NCBI GenBank assembly: GCA_039621445.1 | Contig: CP154954.1 | Location: forward strand, 23,634,954 to 23,698,953 | DNA: 64,000 nt | Direction of reading: 5' to 3' | DNA from: Euglena gracilis | Taxonomy: Eukaryota | Shown here: in pieces, positions 55,701-64,000 of the stretch | Numbering within the stretch: the first letter of the stretch is position 1 | Layout: each line of letters begins with the position of its first letter | Program-made: the position numbers and the translations under genes | The notes under the pieces: model-generated | Database searches by the model: none | What the model was told of the DNA's origin: nothing | The model's input: the letters and a program-made list of their open reading frames with translations, nothing else

Positions 55701-58700
55701 TTTGGCAAAAAAAATCGATTTTTTTCAAAATATCTCGAAACGAAGCAAAATGAAAGGAAATGTCCAGAGACCAAGAATGGAGCCTTTGGAATGCCCTATC
55801 CAGCCATGCTTTGCTTTTTTTTTAACTCTTCATGTGGCAAATCTCCTTTTTAGGGTCATTTTGGGGTAAAAAAATCGATGTGTTTCCAAAGCACCCCAAA
55901 AACGAAGGAAAATCAAAAGGAAAATGTCCGGCGACGTAAAACAAAGCCCTTCGAACGCCCTGTCTAACGTTATTTTGATTTCTTTGCAACTCCACGACTG
56001 GCCAGAGTTATGGCCATATTGAAGCCGTTTCCCTACAATTACTCTGCTGTTTTGCCCTATTTTGATTTCGCCATTTTTGGGCCATTTCGGGGTCAAAAAA
56101 TCAAAATTCAAAATATCTTCAAAAATGGTGGCCAATCAAAGGAAATCACTGGGGACATAAAATATAGTCCCTGGGACCCTCTAACACCCCGCTAGGCCAC
56201 CATTGCCAGCTATGTGCCTGGCCGCCGGACCACCACGCCCCAGCGGGGCCGAGCTGGGCCGGGCCAGGCCGTGCCGCGCTGCACGTCTGCCGGCAACCAC
56301 ACGTTTCAAACGTCCGCTGCTTCATGGCACGTCAGGCAGGTAAAGAGAGCTCAGCATTACACAAAAATCTAGTTTACAGACAAACATGTCCAAGGCTGCT
56401 TATTTTTCCGGTTCAGAAGGGCATACATTATCTGGTTTTTTAGTAATACGCACCGCATCCGTGTGGCAGACCCCATCTGCCACACCCCCAGCGTACGCTG
56501 GCCTGGCTGGAGCCAGATTGAAACCGTCTGGTCTGTACCACATTGCCTCGCGGCCAATGGCTTCCGCCTGCCCGCTGGCCCATACTGCGCCTGACTCTCA
56601 CCCCCTCCCCTATTATGAACAAGGCAGGCGCAGTGAATTTTTGAAGGTCCAGAGGCGGGGTTTTCCTTGATTTTTGGTGCGAAGCCCCAGAAGAGTTTTT
56701 GGGCCCCAGAATTGACACCCAACCCCCGAGCCCTGCCCCCCTGTGGGGCCCCCAGGGGACCCCAAGAAGCAGGGCAGAACGGGAATCGGCCAAACAGCCA
56801 GGGTGTTTGGGGGGGGTCCGCCCCCCCCCCCACCCCTGCATGCTGGGTGGGGGGGCTCGGCCCCCCCCCCCCCACCACCTCTTCCCGTATTTCCGGGAGT
56901 TCCAATTTTTGGACCCGAAAATTTTTTTCACCCCCCTGAAATTTTTGAGATTTTTTTTTGTGAAAATGTGGTTTTCCATCAAAAAATCATGTGTTTTGGG
57001 TTCATTTTTCAAAAAAAATCAAAAAATTTCCGGCCAAAATCCCCGTTTTCCTGAAGTCGGTGAAAATGCTGTGGTGGGTTGGGGGTCTCCCCCCCCCCCA
57101 CCTCCCGGGTGGAGGGTCGACCCCCCCCACCAGGCCTTCCTGTTCTGCCCTGCCAAGGAGTGGTGCCAGACCCCCCCCCCTGTGTCCCACATCTTTGGAC
57201 CAGGGCTTGGGGGGAATGCAAATGCGTTTTTTGTGTTTCTCCCCAGCTTTCAATTTTTGCAAAAGTTGTATTTTTGATTTTTTCACCTGACAATTTATTG
57301 ATTTCTGCTGGGAAAATTTTAGACGTAGAAATCTCTGCTTTTTGGAACTTTTTTTTCTGCCCGGAGACAAAATTGTTTTGTTTTTCTCCTTTTTTGCATT
57401 TTTGTCCAAAAAAGTTGCATAAAAAGTTGCATTTGAATCAGGATGTCCGAAATTCAACCGAAAAGGTAATTATTCTCTTGTGAAATTTCATTTTTGTTTT
57501 ATTTGCATTTTTGTTGCGCAGTTTGTGTTTTTTCCCCTAGTTTTGATTTTTTTTTGTGGAAAAATGCGAATGCTTGTATAAATATGCGTCATATAAATAT
57601 GTGCGATGCCGCAGAATGAAATAATTGCACTGGAGGAGGTGAAAATTTTTCCACGTCCTCTCCAGCAGAAAGTGTACATCCCTGGGACCTCATGAAGGAG
57701 TTTACATGCATGAGGCCCTGGACTCAATGACCAAGAGGTATCATATGGATTGAGATGCATTTCATGTGCACAGTTAGATATCATTTCGGACATATAATAA
57801 TTGGTTTCTCTACAAAGTCTGGATAACTTAACAACGCCATGGGAGAATAGTGGGGAGTTCCCAGCATTCTTTAGCTGAGCAGAGCAGGCTGCAATATAGC
57901 AAATTATTTGTGCAGACAATGGTGAGAATTGAAATTTGGAGTGAAGATGCAACACAGGGCAATCCAGAAGCCGCAGAGAATGCACGAGAGAAATAGAAAA
58001 CGCCGGAAGAACGGGCGAAATCTGATAACAAGTGTACTGAGTGACAAATCTATCTTATCTTCAACGCCTCGCAGCCATTCCCTCCTGGAAGCCCCAACCA
58101 GGGTTTGATATAAGGAGGGCGTACATGGTTTAGGTGGGGGGTGTCCCCCCCCCCCCCCCCCCTCCTGGCCCGCAGGGGGGGGGGTCCGGACCCCCCCCCC
58201 CCCCCACCTGCCAGGGGGTGCCCCACCCTTCGAGCTTCCGGAGAACCCCAGTGTTCAACCCCCGAGCTGCGAACCGCCCTGAATAGCCCGTGATACTCAA
58301 CTTATCATATTTCCGGATAATTTTAGATCAACCCGTGGTGTTCTACCCACTGAACTTTCGGACTATAAGACTCACCTCTTCGTGTTCCACAGACCGACTT
58401 TCCGGAAATCAAATTTCCGCTTGAGCCAGCTCCCCCTGTGGTGTTTCCCCACTTAGCCACCGATTGCCACCCCGTGTTTTTCACCAATGGACATGCAGAT
58501 AATCTCAAGCACCCCGTGGTGTCATTCCAACCGAACTTCAGGATGACCCCAACCCTCGTGGTAACCCCAACCCCTCTAGGCACCGACTACATGGACATCT
58601 CCACCCCTGTGGTGCATGCTCACTCTCAGCTACCGGATGATCACAACCATTCCACACTGTCTTCCGCCATCTTTCCGCCACAACCACGCCGTTGTGACAG

Positions 58701-61539
58701 ACCCATCGAACTACCGAACAATCCTAACCACCCTGTGTTATTTTACCCACCTAATTTCCGGATAACCACAACCCACCCTTCCACCTCCCCAATAAACCCA
58801 GTCACCCCCGATGCCCTACCCTCTGAATTTGATGCAAAACCCGCCACCCAATGGTGTTTGACCCACCGAGCTTCTGTGTGACCCCAATGACCCCGTAATT
58901 TCTGTCACGCCAGGCTTTTGGACCACCTTGAATCCCCTGAACCCACCATATCCCCCCACCTGTCGAACTTGCGGATAACCCTCCCATGGTGTGTAACTCA
59001 CCGAATTTCGGAACATTTTCTTTTGCTTTTCTCTTCCATAGTCATACACCTCGCTGCTGGACATTTCAGCCAGTGTAATCTGTAGAATTGTTGGGGTATT
59101 CTAGCATGCCAGAATCCAATTTTCAGCGACCCCCCCCCAAAAAATACAACCCTCCGATAAATGCTGAGGAAAGTCAGGGGTGGGGGAAGTCTGGATTCCC
59201 CCCCCCCCACCCACATGCGATAACTAAGTCCCATGCTTTTCTCAGATCTATTCACATGTGACAGCAGTGCACGCAGCCCCCCCTTCTCTAACACACCGTG
59301 GTGAGAGTCCGTTTCTTCACGGTTTGGTGAATGTACATTGATGCACATGTACATTGATGCGCGTATTGATGTGTATGTATATTAATGCACGTGCACCAAC
59401 AAACTGTTGGGGTTTCACCCATTTTTGGTTAGCCCTCTGGTAGATGAATTGTTACTTTCTGGTTTGCATAACCCAGCGTCCTTGCCTGTCCCGCCACCCC
59501 AGCTCCCTCCCCCCCACCAGCCCGTTGCCCGTCTCACCCACTCCTAGTCCGGCACCCGGGAACTGCCCCGGCTCTGTCTCCACCCCATTCTAAACACATT
59601 TTCACACTGATGACCCTCCGAGCCCTCTGTCCCATCCCACTCCTCTCTGTATGCTCATTTACCCATTTTTTTAAACGATGGGATCACTCTCCATATTTAT
59701 GCATTTTGCAGCCAGTTTTTTCTGCACAATTGTTGATCTGAACTTTTTCGGCATTTCACTCGGCGTTTTATTCCATTTTTCTCTTACATAATCATGAACC
59801 ACCGTGCTGGACATTTCAGCCAGTGCACATTCGTGGCATAGCTTGGGTACTGGTTTTTTTTTGGTCTACAAAAATAATCAACTCCCCCAAAACCCAATGG
59901 AAAGGCAGGTGTAGAGGGAGCAAAACGTTGGGCTTCCTCTCCCACCCCCACCCACACCCCAGCACACCCTAATCCTACACCAGGTCCATTGCAGTTCTCC
60001 GATCTACTCACGTGTGGCAGGGGTGCACGCCAGCCCTCCCCCCACCTACATACCGTGGTGAGATGCAGTCTCTCCCGGTATGTTCCCCCTTCTGATTTCC
60101 CTCATTGGTTCTTTTTTTTTGTTGCCTGGCTCTCTGAGATTTTGGTTCAGTCCCTGATGGTGCTATGTGATGTGCCAACTCCCAGACCACCCCAGTCTTC
60201 CCCTTCCAGCAGCCGCCAACCTGTTTTGGTTTTTTAGCTTAAGAAGTATTTTTTATTTGGCGTCTTCATCCTTTTGATGCCTCCCGCCACCAACAGGTTA
60301 GTTCTGCAGAATCCCCACCTTTTCAACCATTGATAGCGTAGCCGCATCCCCGGGCCTGCTCCACCGACACTGCGGCACAGCTGGTTCCCCTGCAGTGCAA
60401 ACGCCGAGCGGTACCCCTGCCCCAGCAGGACCTCTTGCCGCCACCAACAAGCGACAACTTTCACCGCCCCCCCCCCCACGGATGGCTCGCAGCACCACCT
60501 GGGGGAAAGCCGCTTACTGGCGGGGATGCTGGCCTGCAAGCGTGGCCCCCCTGTTGCCGTCCGTCAACGCCCCATCACTGCGAGGTCTGGTGTCACAACA
60601 GCCGCATAACTGCACCCCCCCGCGCCCTCAAGAAACAGTCACCACCAAAATTTGCCACGTCCAACGCAAGCACACTGATTATAGACAGTTAGTTGCTACC
60701 TCATCGCACTGTATCCTCCCCTGCAGGGCCACCCTTACCACGGGTGTAGCTCTCTCTGAAGTGCATACTACACATACCACACAATCACCATCTGCCATTG
60801 CGGCCGCAGCGCACGTGCAAACCCAGGACAGGTTTTAGTGCATAGAAAAATGAAGTTTTCACCCCCTTCCATTTGACGTTGAAGGGCCGATGCAATATTG
60901 AAACGGGTCAAAATTTAAATTTCAAGGATCAAAAACGAAACAGTTGACACGTTGTGTTTTGTGTATTTTGGATGGAAACCAAATGCTAGAAATGTTAGAA
61001 TTTTTCCTCTCTTCTCACCATGGCATGTTTTCCCTCCATTTCTTTGGCAAATTTTGTCCAATGTGTTTGCAATATATATTTTATGTATATTTTTTTGGAC
61101 TGCTCTGCCTCCCCCCAGCATAATTTGCCAGTCCAGCGTTAGAGTGGTGTTGTCTTTGCTGAACAAATCAGTCAGTCCAGCACCAAAGAGTTCATTGAGG
61201 TTTTCCGCCTGTCAAGTTGTCGCAGAATTCCCCCTGAAATTCAGCCAGAAAAGGGAATTTGTTTTTTTTTAATTTGTCCACCGGTCCAACAGCAATATTG
61301 CAAGCATTCATGAATCTGTCTTACTAGTCCAGTGTCGCAGCATCTTTGAACTGATTGAGCCCGTCGAACTCATCGGCTATTTCATCGTCCACCCGTGGCA
61401 ATGTTCCTTCCTCCTGATCCCCTCGGCCAGGCTGTGATTTGATCTTGAGTTTGCCCATTTTAGCGTAGTTCGCTCTGCACTTGCTCTGCAGGTCCAGCTA
61501 AGTTTTTTTTTTTTTTTTTTTAGTGCCACAGATCAGTAG

Positions 61540-64000
61540 CTTCATGGTGTCGTCTCCCATTGTCTTCCCGACTTCTCGTCCAATCCATTTCACCACGCTG
61601 TTGTCCACCCTGAACTTCTCGGTCAGTCCCAAGCCATAGAGGTGCAATCCCCCTGGAACTGCTCGGCTACTCTGACATTATAAGAGTGGATCCCCCTGGA
61701 ATTTATTGCCCAGACAACGTCATGGTGGTGCTGTCTCCCCAGAAATTGTTCTCTGAGTCCAACATCGTGGTGGTGTTGTCCCCCCTGAATTTTTGAAACG
61801 TCATGGTGGTGTTGCTCCCCATTTGAAAATGGTCCAGCCAGTCCAACGTCATGGTGGTATTGCCTCCTCGTAACTTGTTCACGTGGTGTCTCCACGACAT
61901 TTGTTCTCCCAGCCCACGCCATCGTGGTGTTGTCCCCCCAGAACTTGTCCAACGTCATGGTAATTCTTTCTCTGAACTTGTTCGACCAGTCCAAAGTCAC
62001 AATGGTGACGTTCTCGCGGAACTTGTCCATCCAGTTCAACGTAATGGTCTTCCTAGTCCAACGTCCTTGGAGTACTACAACGTCACGGTGACGCTGTCCC
62101 CCCCGGAAGTTGTTCTGCTAGTCCAGCTTGATAGTGGTGCTGTCCCCCCCCAGAGGTTGTTCAACCAGCCGAACGTATCGATGGTATTGTTGCTCTCCAG
62201 ACGATGTTCACCAAGTCCATTGTCAGCCCCCCCCCACCGGAATTTGTCCAACGTCATGGTGGTTTTGTCCTTCCAAAACATGTTCACCCATTCCAACGTC
62301 ATGGTGGTGCTTCACCCCAAAATTGTTCTGTCCGTCGAATGTCAGGATGGGGTTGTCCCTCCAGAACTTGTTCTACCAGTTAAACGTCAAGGTGGTTCTG
62401 TCACCCCTGAACTTGTTCTACCAGTCCAAAGTCATCGTGGTGTTAATTCCGATATTTGTTCAGCTAGCCCAACGCGTCATGGTCCTCTCGGAACTTGTCC
62501 CACGTCATTGTGGTGCTGACCCCCTGAACTTGTCCAACGTCATGATGGTCCTGTCCCTGGTTGTCCAACGTCCAACGTTGTGGCGGGGTTGGCGTCCCAG
62601 AAGCAGGTCAGCCAGTCCAAATTCATTGCCCCCCCAGATCTTGTCCAACATCACAGTGTCCCCCCCCCCCCGGAACTTGATCTACCACTCCATCGCCACG
62701 GTGGTGTTGTCCCCCTGGAACTTGTCCAACATCATAAACATCATGGCGATGGTGTCTCCATAGAACTGGTTCAGTGTCATAGTGGTGCTATCTCCCCCCC
62801 TGGAACATGTTCACCCAGTCCAACGTCATGGTGGTGCTGTGCCCCCCTGAACTTGCTCTGCCAGTCTAACGTCACGGTCCCCCATAATTTGTCATGGTTG
62901 CCCTATCCCCGGAAATTGTTCCACCACTCCATGGTCATAGTTGTGCTGTCCCCCGGAATTTGTCCTACCAGTTAAATGTCATATGGTGGCACTGTCTTCC
63001 TGAAACTTGTTCTATGCGTCCAACGTCGTGGAGGGGTTATCATTCCAGAAGTCTTCCCACCAGTACACAGTCATGGTCCCTCCAGAACGTCCAACGTCAC
63101 GGTGGTGTTGTCCCCCAGAAATTTTTCTGCCAGTCGAACGTCATGATGATGATGCCCCTCCAGAACTAGTTCCACCAGTAAAATGTCAAGGTGGTTCTGC
63201 CCCTCTGAACTTCTTCAGCCAGTCCAATGTCATCGTGGGGCTGTCCTCCCAAAAGTTCTTCCGCCAGTCCAGGGTCATGATCCCCCCGGAATTTGTCCAA
63301 CATCATGGCGGTGTTGTCTCCACAGAATTTGTCCAACGTCATGGTGGTGCTGTCCCCCCGGAAATTGTTCACCCAGCCCAACGCCATGGCGTTGTTGTCC
63401 TTGCAGAAGTTGTTCAGCCTGTCTAAAGTCATGGTGTCTCCAGAAAATTTTTCCAACATCTTGGCGGCGTTGCCCCCCCTCGGAACTTGTTCTGCTTGTC
63501 CATTGTCATGGTGATGCTGTCCCTTCGGAGCTTTTCTACCAGTCCATCGTCATGGCAGTGCTGTCCCCCAAGGACTTGTTCTACCAGTTAAACCTCATGG
63601 TCACAACTTGTTCTACCAGTCCAACGTCATAGTGGTGCTGTCCCCCAGTACGTGTTCTGTCAGTCCTGGTGGTGTTCTCATCCCAAAAGTGTTCAGCCAG
63701 TTCAACGTCGTGGTCCCACCTGATCTTGTCCAACGTCATGGTGGTGTTGTCCAACATGGTGATGTTGCCCCCAAATCCAACATCACGATGCTCACCCGGA
63801 ACTTGTCCTACCAAGCAAATGTGATGGTGGTTCTGTCTGCCTTGTACTCAGCAACGTCATGTTTGACGTCTCTTTTTTCTTCCCTGCACTTGTCATCCAG
63901 TCCACCTTCACAGTGCACTGTTCACAGTGGTGTTCTCAGCCCCTAAACTTCTTGGCCAATGACCATATGGCGATGTTCTCCCCCTGATCTCCCTAAATTG
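61540..64000. repeat. Degenerate tandem satellite with roughly 33-45-bp units, running to the window edge
   Basis: Consensus GAACTTG(TTCTACCAG)TCCAACGTCATGGTGGTGYTGTCCCCC repeated dozens of times. Confidence 0.9.

Noticed and set aside
61623-63946. Repeat-protein gene
   Set aside because: Variable unit lengths break the frame often; ORFs appear on both strands

Overview
Eukaryotic, transposon-dense DNA with no intact host gene. A 24/25 match to the Euglena-type spliced leader (40078-40102, minus) points to a euglenid host. Main contents: (1) a young, complete 7.05-kb Ty3/Gypsy chromovirus-like LTR element (8175-15225) whose polyprotein has a Dam-like DNA N6-adenine methyltransferase domain between protease and RT; (2) a TRIM with a tRNA-like module in each LTR (2913-3935); (3) an internally deleted BED-finger hAT transposon with tRNA-like cassettes at both ends (26296-28610); (4) remains of about four CRE-clade (RLE) non-LTR retrotransposon lineages, one apparently headed by the spliced leader and carrying a 2A-like motif; (5) many nested MITEs/TIR elements with readable TSDs, one carrying an intron-containing EF-1alpha fragment; (6) microsatellites and a degenerate satellite at the right end. 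All calls were made by eye from motifs and junctions; no searches were run, so novelty claims need database checks.
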